A stretch of 64,000 bases of DNA from IMG/VR virus record IMGVR_UViG_3300031998_000004. One strand, given 5' to 3'. The DNA is from a virus (Duplodnaviria; Caudoviricetes). Numbering within the stretch: position 1 is the stretch's first letter; each line of letters starts with the position of its first letter. Positions 9,124-19,270 of this stretch are shown piece by piece. A program made the position numbers and the translations under genes. The notes beneath the pieces are model-generated. The model was not told where the DNA came from. It ran no database searches and was given only the letters and a program-made list of their open reading frames with translations.

Positions 9124-10902
9124 TCAATTATTTAATTTTAAAATGTATTTTGTTTGTCCGCTATCATAGATTCTATAGTATCCTTTTGCTTTCATTATTT
9201 CAAACTCCGATTCACTTGGATTTTCGCCATTTTTTACCAATTCAGACTTTCTAAATTTAAATCTATGATATCGATTCATGTCTTTATCAATATACCAATA
9301 TGAGTGTTTTGTAATTGATAAATAAGAAAATCCAAGAGTTTTATATAATTCTCCATTACTTATATCATTAGAAGAAAATGATTCAATAGAATTTGGATGA
9401 TAATTATTAATAAAATACTTTAATAATTTACTTGCTCCTCCTGCTATACTTGTATTTAATTTATTACAAAATCTATATAATTCCCAATCATTTTGTTTAC
9501 CTTTATTACCTAGAGATCCTCTCTTTTTTCCAAAGGCCATTAATGATACCAATTCATCGCCATAATACAAACCAACACGGATGGAAGAATTTACGTACCC
9601 TTGTAGATGATTATCATTTAAAAATTTTAACGCATCAGAATTTGACACTATTTTAATATTGCATTTTCTAGCATATATCTTTCTTTGATATAATCCCAGG
9701 TTATGTAATAATATAGATTCTACTATATTGGGTTTATTTAATATTTGATCCTCCCAAAATGACAATAATTTAATACCAATTTCTCGACATTTTTTCCATT
9801 TATTATAATGATAATTACTATCTTTTAATGAATGCCAATAAATACCATTACATTCGATCGCAATATTGTGTTCCGGGATAAATATATCTAATTCTTTCCC
9901 ATTTAATATACTTTTATTATTTGTCTCATAAAATACATTATATTTGTCGAGAATATCTCTTATAAATAATTCTATAGTAGTTCCTTTATTAGTATTGCCG
10001 GGACATAACACAACACATAACTCTCTATTTTCATAATTTCTTACAAAGTATTTATCATAGGGAATAATAAATTCTTTTTCATTACATTTATTGCATTCTG
10101 GATGGGGACATTTACATTTAAAAAATTTACCGTCGAAATTTTCAATCCTATCAATTATTATATCAGAATTATTAATATGGTTTTGAATTCTTGTTTGTTT
10201 TGACTTATCATTCAATTCTTTATTTTGAAGAGGATATATTGAGCCATATTTTTTAAGACGGGTTTGTTTGCCTTTTTCCTGTATTTCTTGAGATTGAAAT
10301 GGATACTCTACTCCGAATTTTTTTAAATTATTCTGTTTAATTAATTCCAAATTAATATAATTTTCATCTCCGTATTTCTCTAATTTAGTATGTTTTGCTT
10401 TTTCAATAATTTTTTGTTTCTCCTCATCTGAACGAGTAGAAACTGTTTCATTTATTTTCTCTCGAATCTTCTTGTTAGACAAAGGAAACTCACACCCATA
10501 TTTTTCTAAACATGTTTTTTTGCGCTTTTCTAATATAATATCATTGTAGTTTTCTCCATATCTATCAATCATGGTTTGTTTACATCTATTAACAAACCCA
10601 TTATCCATTAGATATCTCTCTTTAAACGTTTCTTTTTGTTTCCGTAGTTTTTCTTTATCCGTATTTGCACAGTTAGAACAACAATATTTACCATACCCAT
10701 GAGAATATGATATGAAATTAAGTTTTTTACCACAATTTAAACAAACCGAATCTTTATCAATATGATATACATATTTGTATAATTTTTCGGCAAACACCCC
10801 ATCAAAATTGTCCATCAAGTATTGATAAAATTCCGGATAGTTCTTTTTTATAAAAGATTCGGTTCTTTGCCCTCGAGTATTAAATGTTTCGGGTATGATC
10901 AT
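9124..10902 (-). CDS. Hef-like free-standing homing endonuclease (PD-(D/E)xK-type)
   Basis: KxTxLxKYG repeats; ELDIFIPEHNIAIECNGIYWHS nuclease motif; C-terminal ELYRFC..GGASKLL domain; very AT-rich. Confidence 0.75.
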   Translation of the reverse strand: MIIPETFNTRGQRTESFIKKNYPEFYQYLMDNFDGVFAEKLYKYVYHIDKDSVCLNCGKKLNFISYSHGYGKYCCSNCANTDKEKLRKQKETFKERYLMDNGFVNRCKQTMIDRYGENYNDIILEKRKKTCLEKYGCEFPLSNKKIREKINETVSTRSDEEKQKIIEKAKHTKLEKYGDENYINLELIKQNNLKKFGVEYPFQSQEIQEKGKQTRLKKYGSIYPLQNKELNDKSKQTRIQNHINNSDIIIDRIENFDGKFFKCKCPHPECNKCNEKEFIIPYDKYFVRNYENRELCVVLCPGNTNKGTTIELFIRDILDKYNVFYETNNKSILNGKELDIFIPEHNIAIECNGIYWHSLKDSNYHYNKWKKCREIGIKLLSFWEDQILNKPNIVESILLHNLGLYQRKIYARKCNIKIVSNSDALKFLNDNHLQGYVNSSIRVGLYYGDELVSLMAFGKKRGSLGNKGKQNDWELYRFCNKLNTSIAGGASKLLKYFINNYHPNSIESFSSNDISNGELYKTLGFSYLSITKHSYWYIDKDMNRYHRFKFRKSELVKNGENPSESEFEIMKAKGYYRIYDSGQTKYILKLNN

Positions 10903-10906
10903 ATCT

Positions 10907-10937
10907 ATATAATAATATGGGGCACTTCTTTATTTAA
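10907..10937 (-). promoter_or_regulatory. putative phage promoter
   Basis: TTAAA-N18-TATTATAT. Confidence 0.55.
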
Positions 10938-10951
10938 ATAAATATCAAATC

Positions 10952-11347
10952 TCACCACTTCATAGGATCAAAATTATTAATTTTCTGTTCCTCTCTAACA
11001 ATCAATTTGCTTGGGATATTGACATTCAATATTTCAACATATCGAGAAATCCATAAAATGTTCTCCCTCCCATTAACATGATCAACAATCGCTACTGTAA
11101 TATTAACATTCCAGTGATCATTATAATCGTGTACAATCATCTTGGGATAACGATAATCACATTCCTCTAAATTACTATATGTATGATTAGCATAGAATAA
11201 ATTATTGAATACGTTTGCAATCCTCTCCGGATCAAACATACAATAATTAGCAGTCTCTGAGAAATGTCCCAAAATCAACCCTCTCATTTGTGACACTATC
11301 TTCTCAAGAGTTATTTCATTGGTTATATTATTATCAAATATACTCAT
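10952..11347 (-). CDS. MS[ILV]F-tag family hypothetical protein
   Basis: MSIFDNNI. Confidence 0.75.
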   Translation of the reverse strand: MSIFDNNITNEITLEKIVSQMRGLILGHFSETANYCMFDPERIANVFNNLFYANHTYSNLEECDYRYPKMIVHDYNDHWNVNITVAIVDHVNGRENILWISRYVEILNVNIPSKLIVREEQKINNFDPMKW

Positions 11348-11601
11348 ACAAAGGGGACTTTCGATTATAACAATAAAACATCTCCCATCTCTTCAATCCG
11401 TTCAATCCGCTCATAAAGCAACTCTTGTTCTATAAGATCTGGATTAAACTGGGATATATACGGTATTAATAAATTCATCTAATATGAACTCATAGTTACC
11501 AGTACCATCCCAAGGACAATAGGGATCATCAAATAGTTCAGCAATTAAACCAATACACTTTACCCTCATACGTCCAAAATTATATTTTTTCAATTGTCAT
11601 C

Positions 11602-11814
11602 CTATTCATCAAGGCTCAAGAAAAATGTCTTCGTTGTATCTAGAATCATGGGCGAATACATCATAGACGCATATACAGGAGCTCGCTTACCGCCTTTTGT
11701 AGACCAATGACCAATATCAGTGGTTGCCCATATCAGGTCTCTTAATTCCTCCATGGTCTTTACTCGTCTGATATCAGATTCATCTTGAATCAAGTCTGGA
11801 TTAAATATACTCAT
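11602..11814 (-). CDS. MS[ILV]F-tag family protein, possibly truncated
   Basis: MSIFNPDLI; short, followed by 250 bp of fragmented frames. Confidence 0.6.
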   Translation of the reverse strand: MSIFNPDLIQDESDIRRVKTMEELRDLIWATTDIGHWSTKGGKRAPVYASMMYSPMILDTTKTFFLSLDE

Positions 11815-12104
11815 CTAAATTCTACTGGTTCTTCTATATTAAATTTTTGATGATTAGGCCATGTTGGCTGGGTAACCTCGAGCTTCAAATGACCGAATCC
11901 CTCCCTATAACAAACTATATGCAAATGCGAATATGCCTGTTGAACTCGTCGAACTATTTTCTTTACAGCCAATCCCGGATTATAACCAATATCATACATA
12001 ATCCCTTCCGTGAGATTAAAGCCAAACTCCTCTTCACATAACATTTCAAAGTACGTTTGTGGGTCTGGTAGGGTCTGGATTATGTCTTTATCAAATATGC
12101 TCAT
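11811..12104 (-). CDS. MS[ILV]F-tag family hypothetical protein
   Basis: MSIFDKDII. Confidence 0.75.
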   Translation of the reverse strand: MSIFDKDIIQTLPDPQTYFEMLCEEEFGFNLTEGIMYDIGYNPGLAVKKIVRRVQQAYSHLHIVCYREGFGHLKLEVTQPTWPNHQKFNIEEPVEFR

Positions 12105-12556
12105 TGTATATACTTTTCTCGAAGCTCTTTATACTTTTCTCGAAACTCTTGAACTTGTTTTGCAACAAGATCTAAAGTCTCTTCTGGTATTTGAAGAACT
12201 ATGTGTTGTAATTGTAAGTTCCCTCGTAATCTGTAACTTACTATCAAGTATTCTTGTATAAGTGGTTTCGAATTATCCTGTTCTTTACATATGTCGTATT
12301 CAATCAGGTTGGCAAAAGGTCCTTTCCAATCGGTTGGTGGAGTGGGCTCTGTACATAAATTCGACATATATTGATCTAGGACATACGACAGAAACCCTGA
12401 AGGACTAACCGCAGGCGGTGAAGTTAGTTGAGGTTCATTCATATACACATCCACAAGTCTATTAAATTCTTGTTGGATTTGTATCCCTACGTTATCAACC
12501 ACATACGGGCTATATCCCAAGTCCTTTGAAACTATATCTTTATCGAATAGGCTCAT
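12101..12556 (-). CDS. MS[ILV]F-tag family hypothetical protein
   Basis: MSLFDKDIV. Confidence 0.75.
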   Translation of the reverse strand: MSLFDKDIVSKDLGYSPYVVDNVGIQIQQEFNRLVDVYMNEPQLTSPPAVSPSGFLSYVLDQYMSNLCTEPTPPTDWKGPFANLIEYDICKEQDNSKPLIQEYLIVSYRLRGNLQLQHIVLQIPEETLDLVAKQVQEFREKYKELREKYIQ

Positions 12557-12915
12557 ATCGTTTGTAGTGGAGTAAACTTAAAATTATAAAGTTCTGTATG
12601 TATTGGCCCTTCAAGATTCTGTTTATAATACCGGATATCAACAACAATATCTAATCCCGCATGTCCATATTTGTGTGGAAGGAGTGTAATGTGGAAGTCA
12701 TTAACGTCTAAATCATTTCTTTCAAAAACCTGCTCATAATTACTTCTAACCAAATTCCGCAATATTTCTTCCATAAAAACAATTCCCCAGAACTTACCTT
12801 TGACCACATAATCATTAATCCATATTGCCATCTGTGCATGGATATGTTTCTTTATTTCCTCAAACATCTCTTCTACGGAAGTTTTGTTGGATATGTTTTC
12901 GCTAAATATACTCAT
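12553..12915 (-). CDS. MS[ILV]F-tag family hypothetical protein
   Basis: MSIFSENI (start re-assigned). Confidence 0.75.
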   Translation of the reverse strand: MSIFSENISNKTSVEEMFEEIKKHIHAQMAIWINDYVVKGKFWGIVFMEEILRNLVRSNYEQVFERNDLDVNDFHITLLPHKYGHAGLDIVVDIRYYKQNLEGPIHTELYNFKFTPLQTI

Positions 12916-12917
12916 AT

Positions 12918-13412
12918 TCAATACAAATAGAAATAGGAATAATTCCAATCTGTGACTTTTTCTTTTAGACAATTCATATCCTTATCGAAACGAAGAATTA
13001 CTTCGCCTGTGGGTTCACATGAGCTCTCAATTTCATCTTTCATTCGTTGACGAGCTTCTGATATTTCAGCCCAACCAAGAGTATTCATTTTGTGTGAGTA
13101 ACGCGCCCTGATATGTTCTTCCTGACTATCAGAAACTTTAATTACAATGTAAAGTTCTCCGTCTATATATCGGTATTTTCCAAAAGAACCAATATAAGCG
13201 TCAGCGTCAGGCACATACAAATTATATTTTGGTAAGAGTTCATAACACCAATCATTAATTTTGTTGTAATTAAGATTTGCTCTGTTATTATCTCTGTTTC
13301 TGATAAAATATGATTTGTATGAGTCAATCTTTGCTCTCAAAGCAAGCATAAACTGAAACTTTCTTTTTACGTCTAACCGACGTTCAATTATGTTTTCACT
13401 AAATAACCCCAT
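12918..13412 (-). CDS. MS[ILV]F-tag family protein (Gly variant)
   Basis: MGLFSENII. Confidence 0.75.
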   Translation of the reverse strand: MGLFSENIIERRLDVKRKFQFMLALRAKIDSYKSYFIRNRDNNRANLNYNKINDWCYELLPKYNLYVPDADAYIGSFGKYRYIDGELYIVIKVSDSQEEHIRARYSHKMNTLGWAEISEARQRMKDEIESSCEPTGEVILRFDKDMNCLKEKVTDWNYSYFYLY

Positions 13413-13415
13413 ATC

Positions 13416-13862
13416 TTAAATCGTCCACCATTCGTGTTTAAGTTTTTCTATATTGTATTCCAACACCTTTCCATACTGATTAAGAACAATGTGGATGTTT
13501 CCATAGTTCTCCCAATAATTTTCATCACCGAAGCCGCTATAGTCATCCGTAGGGATAGTAATAAAGTAATACCCGTCTTTCCACTCAACCCAGGGATATT
13601 CTGTTTTATAGTCAAACCTCCTATCTTTGGGATCATACATCTGTCCTTCGACACATAATATATTATTATATTTTGTGCTATTCTTAATACTTACAATATA
13701 CATAAATATAAGATTACACACATTTGCTGGTCCATGAGTCTTTCTTGTTGCAAGAATATCTTTGCGATGTGCCTGTAACTTATCAATCACACTAAAGCAA
13801 AACTGATCGATGAGAGGAACGTGTACTTCTTTCTCGATTATGTCACTATCAAATAGACTCAT
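13416..13862 (-). CDS. MS[ILV]F-tag family hypothetical protein
   Basis: MSLFDSDII. Confidence 0.75.
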   Translation of the reverse strand: MSLFDSDIIEKEVHVPLIDQFCFSVIDKLQAHRKDILATRKTHGPANVCNLIFMYIVSIKNSTKYNNILCVEGQMYDPKDRRFDYKTEYPWVEWKDGYYFITIPTDDYSGFGDENYWENYGNIHIVLNQYGKVLEYNIEKLKHEWWTI

Positions 13863-13910
13863 GTATTAAATCAACTTTATTGATCGATTCAAACTCTGTT
13901 TGAATTTATA

Positions 13911-14264
13911 TTAACAAAACTTCACAAAATATATAGATTTTATTCTCCCGTTACTTCCCATTTGTATCTTCCACTTTACCCATACACCATACTTGCTATA
14001 GATGCGTTGTACTGTATTGTCAAGCGATTCTTGCCATGATTTGGGAAGATGCTTCATATTATGAAACATTTTTTTAATATCCTTTTTACTGTATGGTGGT
14101 GTATCAGAACTATCTACATCGATGAAATGACCACTCGTACGATCCCACGCGGTTTGAAATCCGCGTCTCTTGAGGTATTCGCGAGCAAGAATGTCATAAC
14201 AAACATTATTCCAATTGGTGTCTTTTGGAATAGAAGGGGTGATGTTATTAGTGAATATTCCCAT
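13911..14264 (-). CDS. MS[ILV]F-tag family protein (Gly variant)
   Basis: MGIFTNNI. Confidence 0.75.
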   Translation of the reverse strand: MGIFTNNITPSIPKDTNWNNVCYDILAREYLKRRGFQTAWDRTSGHFIDVDSSDTPPYSKKDIKKMFHNMKHLPKSWQESLDNTVQRIYSKYGVWVKWKIQMGSNGRIKSIYFVKFC

Positions 14265-14520
14265 TTGAGTATTTATCTATTAATTTATCAAGATTAGCAA
14301 ATTCGATTTTTTTCCAATATCCGTGTCGTCTAAATGGATCGACCCAATTAACATATACATCACTTTTTCTTAATTCTCCTATAATGTAATTCATTTTAGT
14401 GACACACATATTCTTATAAAGATCTCCATTCAGTTCATTGTATGTCTCCCCCCATCGTTTGAGATCAAGGAGTTTTTCAAGAACTGTTTCATTAGTTACG
14501 TTATCACCAAATATGCTCAT
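14248..14520 (-). CDS. MS[ILV]F-tag family hypothetical protein
   Basis: MSIFGDNV. Confidence 0.75.
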   Translation of the reverse strand: MSIFGDNVTNETVLEKLLDLKRWGETYNELNGDLYKNMCVTKMNYIIGELRKSDVYVNWVDPFRRHGYWKKIEFANLDKLIDKYSNGNIH

Positions 14521-14858
14521 AGACTAGGCACAGGAAGTTTAAGACAAAGAAACACATTATCTGGACTAGGAAGAAAGTCTTCTTGAGATTCTGAATAGAT
14601 TATAGATAAGGAAATCCTCGAAAAACAATTCTCATAAACTACATAATTCACAATTACCTCAGGATGATACATATTGAATTTATTAAAACGATATATCACC
14701 CCGCTCAGAGCGCGTTGGCAAGCTTTCTCGGTTTCTATTATATTCCCACCATTCTGTATAAAGAGAAGTTCAAAGTTATCAGTATACCACCTCTTGAGAA
14801 GATCATGAAACTTCTCCAACGGAGAAGGTGTAGTTATATTATCGTCAAATACACTCAT
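14517..14858 (-). CDS. MS[ILV]F-tag family hypothetical protein
   Basis: MSVFDDNITTPSPLEKF. Confidence 0.75.
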   Translation of the reverse strand: MSVFDDNITTPSPLEKFHDLLKRWYTDNFELLFIQNGGNIIETEKACQRALSGVIYRFNKFNMYHPEVIVNYVVYENCFSRISLSIIYSESQEDFLPSPDNVFLCLKLPVPSL

Positions 14859-15259
14859 AAGACCGGTTTTTGATGAATATCAAAATTCATATGAAGGAAT
14901 ATTTTTGCTTTGTCGTGTACATATATAGTAGGGTCATCGCCGTAGTAAAGAGTGACTTCTATATAGTATTTAGATTCTCCCGGATGTCGATCATAACGAG
15001 TGTGAAATGTTAAATGAACCCATGGCTGATAAATTTTATGCGCCTTGAACATGTCTTTGATCTTCTGCGATTCCCCTAACTCAGCGATACTATTTATATG
15101 TCCGTTAACCATAGCGTTAAATTCAGTTGCAGTCCATGATAGATTATAACTTGATTTTTCGTAGACGCAATAAAAATTTTCTTCGAGATAGGATTTTATA
15201 AAATCATAAAATTTCTCTAGCGGAGTTTTGTCTGTTATGTGTTCACTAAATACACTCAT
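14855..15259 (-). CDS. MS[ILV]F-tag family hypothetical protein
   Basis: MSVFSEHITDKTPLEKF; paralog of previous. Confidence 0.75.
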   Translation of the reverse strand: MSVFSEHITDKTPLEKFYDFIKSYLEENFYCVYEKSSYNLSWTATEFNAMVNGHINSIAELGESQKIKDMFKAHKIYQPWVHLTFHTRYDRHPGESKYYIEVTLYYGDDPTIYVHDKAKIFLHMNFDIHQKPVL

Positions 15260-15624
15260 TTTATTATTCCATTTATACCAACATTAAACTCACAAAGATA
15301 CTCTTGGTGTACATGCATGTCACCAGATGGTTTAGCATAATAAAAATATACAGTATATAGGGTTTTATGATTATGGCTGGTTTGAAATACTTCAAAACGA
15401 TATATTTTTTCATCGTTATTTTTTGGATCACTGCTATAATCGTAGCTATAATCATAAAACAACAATCTTTTACATACTAATTCCTGCCTGATATAGTAAT
15501 ACATCAATTGTTCATCAGCATTGTAGCGTATCATCTCTCTTGGAATGACTCTCCCTACAATCTCTTTACATTGATCGTAGAGTTCGTCAAGTGGGTGTTT
15601 GATATTATCACAAAACAGACTCAT
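15256..15624 (-). CDS. MS[ILV]F-tag family hypothetical protein
   Basis: MSLFCDNI; paralog of next (F.VGINGII). Confidence 0.75.
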   Translation of the reverse strand: MSLFCDNIKHPLDELYDQCKEIVGRVIPREMIRYNADEQLMYYYIRQELVCKRLLFYDYSYDYSSDPKNNDEKIYRFEVFQTSHNHKTLYTVYFYYAKPSGDMHVHQEYLCEFNVGINGIIK

Positions 15625-15988
15625 CGATTATTCCATTTATACCAACAGTAAATTGAGCAAGAGGTTTTCCTTGTTGCCCCCACAGATCATTAATAATTTC
15701 ATCCAAAAAATAGAATCTTACTACATATGTGGGTATTCCCCGAATATACGCTCCAGTCTTTACATCTACCTCACTGATTTTATTAATATCTGATGAATTT
15801 CTTTCGGGCCACCACCTATTTGCTAGCAACCCTATACAGTTTAATTCGAACATTATATCTCGTTGCATTGTCTCACATCTACCATTATAATGCATCATAT
15901 TACCGGGAATAATTGTTCGACATATATCTTTACACGCGTCGTAGAGGTGGTCAATAGGAAGCTGAATATCTTTATCAAATATGCTCAT
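15608..15988 (-). CDS. MS[ILV]F-tag family hypothetical protein
   Basis: MSIFDKDI (start re-assigned). Confidence 0.75.
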   Translation of the reverse strand: MSIFDKDIQLPIDHLYDACKDICRTIIPGNMMHYNGRCETMQRDIMFELNCIGLLANRWWPERNSSDINKISEVDVKTGAYIRGIPTYVVRFYFLDEIINDLWGQQGKPLAQFTVGINGIIDESVL

Positions 15989-15996
15989 GTATTTAA

Positions 15997-16209
15997 TTAA
16001 CAATTAATACCGAAATATTTAAAGTATTGTTTCACCACTTTCTCATCTATATGACTATATCGATCATATTGCTCCTTTTCCTTAAAATTACCAACCACTT
16101 TCTCCGGAGCACCAAGTAGGTATTTCATTATCCAATACTCTGGATAGTCGCGACATAGTTGTGCTTCTGAACAAGCACTCTCAACTGCTTTTTTATCGAA
16201 TATGCTCAT
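15997..16209 (-). CDS. MS[ILV]F-tag family hypothetical protein
   Basis: MSIFDKKAV (start re-assigned). Confidence 0.7.
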   Translation of the reverse strand: MSIFDKKAVESACSEAQLCRDYPEYWIMKYLLGAPEKVVGNFKEKEQYDRYSHIDEKVVKQYFKYFGINC

Positions 16210-16597
16210 AAATACCCTCTCCAAATATATCTATTTTTAGATCTTTGACTTCTACTTCCAGATCGTCATCATCCATTAATATTTTTTCATCAATAGCAAG
16301 CTTAATATTTACACGAAATTTATTGCCCCCTATCTTCTTCCTCACATCCGTCCTCGTACTGAGGACTCCCATCTCAACTAGTTCTCTATGATAAGTATTT
16401 ACCCATAGATTAGCTAGGTCTTTATAAATGAGATCTGTTATATGATAATCATCTGTAAATATTTTCCAATGATCGGATGTATCCCTGTACTGAAGACTGT
16501 ACTCTGCAAACTGCTCAAGAATTCGATCTCTGAACCAACAACGGATCTTCTCGGTCCGAGAAAGATCATTTGTTATATTATCGTTAAATATGCTCAT
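16193..16597 (-). CDS. MS[ILV]F-tag family hypothetical protein
   Basis: MSIFNDNI; paralog of 17006..17377 (GV.STRT...GNKF). Confidence 0.75.
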   Translation of the reverse strand: MSIFNDNITNDLSRTEKIRCWFRDRILEQFAEYSLQYRDTSDHWKIFTDDYHITDLIYKDLANLWVNTYHRELVEMGVLSTRTDVRKKIGGNKFRVNIKLAIDEKILMDDDDLEVEVKDLKIDIFGEGIYEHIR

Positions 16598-16613
16598 GTA
16601 TTTAATTATCCTA

Positions 16614-17009
16614 TTATTTTACACTAAATCCTTCAGCATAACTATTTGTACCATAAGCAAACGAATAAAATCCCTCGGTGTGATCAAAAGTATTTGATTC
16701 TTCGAAGATTACTTCTTTTATATTTCCTTTCATATAAGTATCCTCGGGCCATAAGATATATTTGGGTCGCATCTTTTTACCGACACGATCATAATATCGT
16801 TGTATTCCCAACTGCAGAAAACAGTTAATTACAGAGGTTCTGCTAGGCGGATACTTGTTAATGAGTCCTTTATATAATGTTCCCGCGGAATCCCATATGG
16901 AATTTTGAGTATTATAGTTCGGGTTCCACTCACGAAAGATATCACAAGCATATTGCAAAATGATTTCCGTGGTTGTTTTTGATGTTATATTATTACTAAA
17001 AATGCTCAT
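16614..17009 (-). CDS. MS[ILV]F-tag family hypothetical protein
   Basis: MSIFSNNI (start re-assigned). Confidence 0.75.
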   Translation of the reverse strand: MSIFSNNITSKTTTEIILQYACDIFREWNPNYNTQNSIWDSAGTLYKGLINKYPPSRTSVINCFLQLGIQRYYDRVGKKMRPKYILWPEDTYMKGNIKEVIFEESNTFDHTEGFYSFAYGTNSYAEGFSVK

Positions 17010-17377
17010 AATATCATCCAATTTGATTCAACAATATCTACTTCTTTATCACTCCAAAACCCATGTTCTCTACAAGATGGATCTAGCGAGAATCTTATTA
17101 TAACCTTAAACTTATTTCCGCGTTGTTTAATTTCAGTTCGCGTGCTATACACCCCTAAATGCTCCAACTGAGTCTTGTATTGTTTCACCCAAAGAAAAAC
17201 GAGATGGTGATATATATATAATTTTTTAGTGGAAATACTTTGACAAAATTCACGCTCCCCTTTTTCGTGATATACTTGTTGACATAAATCCCACTGTTCC
17301 TTTATCTTACACAAGAACCACTTTTTAATCCTTTCGTTAGGGAGTTCATTTGTTATATTATCGTCAAACACACTCAT
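17006..17377 (-). CDS. MS[ILV]F-tag family hypothetical protein
   Basis: MSVFDDNI. Confidence 0.75.
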   Translation of the reverse strand: MSVFDDNITNELPNERIKKWFLCKIKEQWDLCQQVYHEKGEREFCQSISTKKLYIYHHLVFLWVKQYKTQLEHLGVYSTRTEIKQRGNKFKVIIRFSLDPSCREHGFWSDKEVDIVESNWMIL

Positions 17378-17706
17378 ACTTCAGTTACTACTATAGCTTT
17401 AGTGAGACCTGATAAATGTCCATTACCTCGAGGCCATCGTTCAACATGGAAAGTATAATGTTTACCAGTAATTGTAGTCAACCTCATCATTCCTTTTGTG
17501 ATGTAGTAAGACCACCCGTACAAATCTCCATTACCATTAAAGTTATAACGGATCAGTAAATTATAAAGATCACGACCACAAGAGATTGTGTTGTTGAAGG
17601 TATCCGTAAAACTGAGAGGACGACCGCTGGTATATTCATCCCAAGCGAAGTCAAAAACCCGTTCGGTGATGATCTGAGACGTGATATTATCGCTAAATAT
17701 ACTCAT
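17374..17706 (-). CDS. MS[ILV]F-tag family hypothetical protein
   Basis: MSIFSDNI (start re-assigned). Confidence 0.75.
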   Translation of the reverse strand: MSIFSDNITSQIITERVFDFAWDEYTSGRPLSFTDTFNNTISCGRDLYNLLIRYNFNGNGDLYGWSYYITKGMMRLTTITGKHYTFHVERWPRGNGHLSGLTKAIVVTEV

Positions 17707-17764
17707 GTATATAAATGAATTAAAATTCATTAATTCAAACTCTGTATAAATTTAATTACCAAAT

Positions 17765-18142
17765 CTACAACCAATCTTTATTGAATATAAATGTCCTTGT
17801 CTTAATTCCAGTAATTTCATCTTGTTGAGGATGATATTCGAGAGTTATAAGAATATATTCACCATCATCTTTGAATGTAAGGGAATTCTTAAATATAATC
17901 TCATAAGGAGCAAAGCAATCTGGGAACCACCAGAGTGGACAGGCATTGTTTAGTGCTTCAAAGAATATATCCCATTGAACAGTGAAGAACTCTTGCAGAT
18001 CAAGATATGGATTGATATCAAGATTGGTCAAGTATAGATCACAGAAGAAATTAAAAGAATAGTCGAGGAGCATTCCGGTACGATCATTGTCATCTACCTC
18101 GACTTCTTTCTTGATTACTCCTTCTGTGTCAAATATACTCAT
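17765..18142 (-). CDS. MS[ILV]F-tag family hypothetical protein
   Basis: MSIFDTEGVI. Confidence 0.75.
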   Translation of the reverse strand: MSIFDTEGVIKKEVEVDDNDRTGMLLDYSFNFFCDLYLTNLDINPYLDLQEFFTVQWDIFFEALNNACPLWWFPDCFAPYEIIFKNSLTFKDDGEYILITLEYHPQQDEITGIKTRTFIFNKDWL

Positions 18143-19236
18143 TAAATCTCCTCAAATATACTTTCGATATCTGTGTCTTCCTGTGTCTTGGCAAGAAGTC
18201 TATAGTTGTTTCTCAACATCCCTACATCGACCTGTTTGTATTCGGTTTCATTCATAGACTGAATAACCGGTGCTGGAATAGTCTCTTCATTCAACCAAAC
18301 GAGCTTGATGTTGTAGTCAAGCATCTCAATGATGTCTTTCTTTTTGAACTTGTAAGGAGAGAACTTCTTGGAATGCATAATCCAATCAGCAATATCCTCG
18401 CGACATTCTTTTAAGTCCCCTACTGTTGTCATAGGGAGATCGTGTTCTTGATACTTCTTCAAATCACCTTCGGAGAACCGATAAGTCCTCCCTCCTTTCT
18501 CAAAGCGAACCACCGCCTTAATATTATCTCCACTATCCCCACAAAGCACTTTCTCTATGACCACGTCATCTGGATTGACATATATTACTTTTCCTGTTGA
18601 TCCCGCCTTTAGTGAATCAATCAATTGTGTATCATAGGCAAGCGGAGTCATAAAGAAATCCATTGGATCTTCTTCTTTATCTCCACTCTTATAACACTCT
18701 GGGAGACACAGTTGGCTCGTGCGATCACTATACCAAGCGGTGAAGGTTCCGTCCGCGGTCTTCTGAACAAGCTGTTGAAGGTCACGGTCAATACTCCATA
18801 TGAGAACGTTAGTGCCTTCTGCATTAAGCCTCCTTGACCAGTACCACACCCAGTCATCGCCCTCAGCAGAGAGGGTCTGAGAGACAGTCACACCAACCCC
18901 ACGAGCGTTGGTCATCAAATCATTAAGAGCATTAAAGACGTGTTCCCAATCAACCTCTACTTGCTGCTCGCGATTACCCTTATACTTTGTTCCTTTGAGT
19001 TGAGTAGGAATAGGAAGTTGTTTACGCCAGCTACCCCCGTCACCAACAAGAACAACATTATCCACAGCAGGGAACCTGTTGAGCATGATATTAATACTAC
19101 GAGCTAACATATCTGTAAGATTCTGTTGAGCCTTCTGTAGAGCCACTTCCGGGACTCCTTTCTCGAAACCACCGACAACACTAAATCTTGACATCAAGAC
19201 ATAGTTCATGTCGCAAACCAATGTAAGATTATTCAT
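18142..19236 (-). CDS. rnh: 5'-3' exonuclease / RNase H (T4 Rnh, FEN family)
   Basis: Motifs SWRK, YKGNR, EGDDW, SIDRDLQQL, GDSGDNI. Confidence 0.85.
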   Translation of the reverse strand: MNNLTLVCDMNYVLMSRFSVVGGFEKGVPEVALQKAQQNLTDMLARSINIMLNRFPAVDNVVLVGDGGSWRKQLPIPTQLKGTKYKGNREQQVEVDWEHVFNALNDLMTNARGVGVTVSQTLSAEGDDWVWYWSRRLNAEGTNVLIWSIDRDLQQLVQKTADGTFTAWYSDRTSQLCLPECYKSGDKEEDPMDFFMTPLAYDTQLIDSLKAGSTGKVIYVNPDDVVIEKVLCGDSGDNIKAVVRFEKGGRTYRFSEGDLKKYQEHDLPMTTVGDLKECREDIADWIMHSKKFSPYKFKKKDIIEMLDYNIKLVWLNEETIPAPVIQSMNETEYKQVDVGMLRNNYRLLAKTQEDTDIESIFEEI

Positions 19237-19270
19237 GAATTAATATATTAAAGGAGTTATTATTTGTTTA

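Noticed and set aside
4748-18142. Integron-like or CRISPR-like DNA repeat array (recurring aaatatactcat)
   Set aside because: The repeat is only the first codons of each gene and varies at synonymous positions; no attC hairpins, spacers, integrase or cas genes
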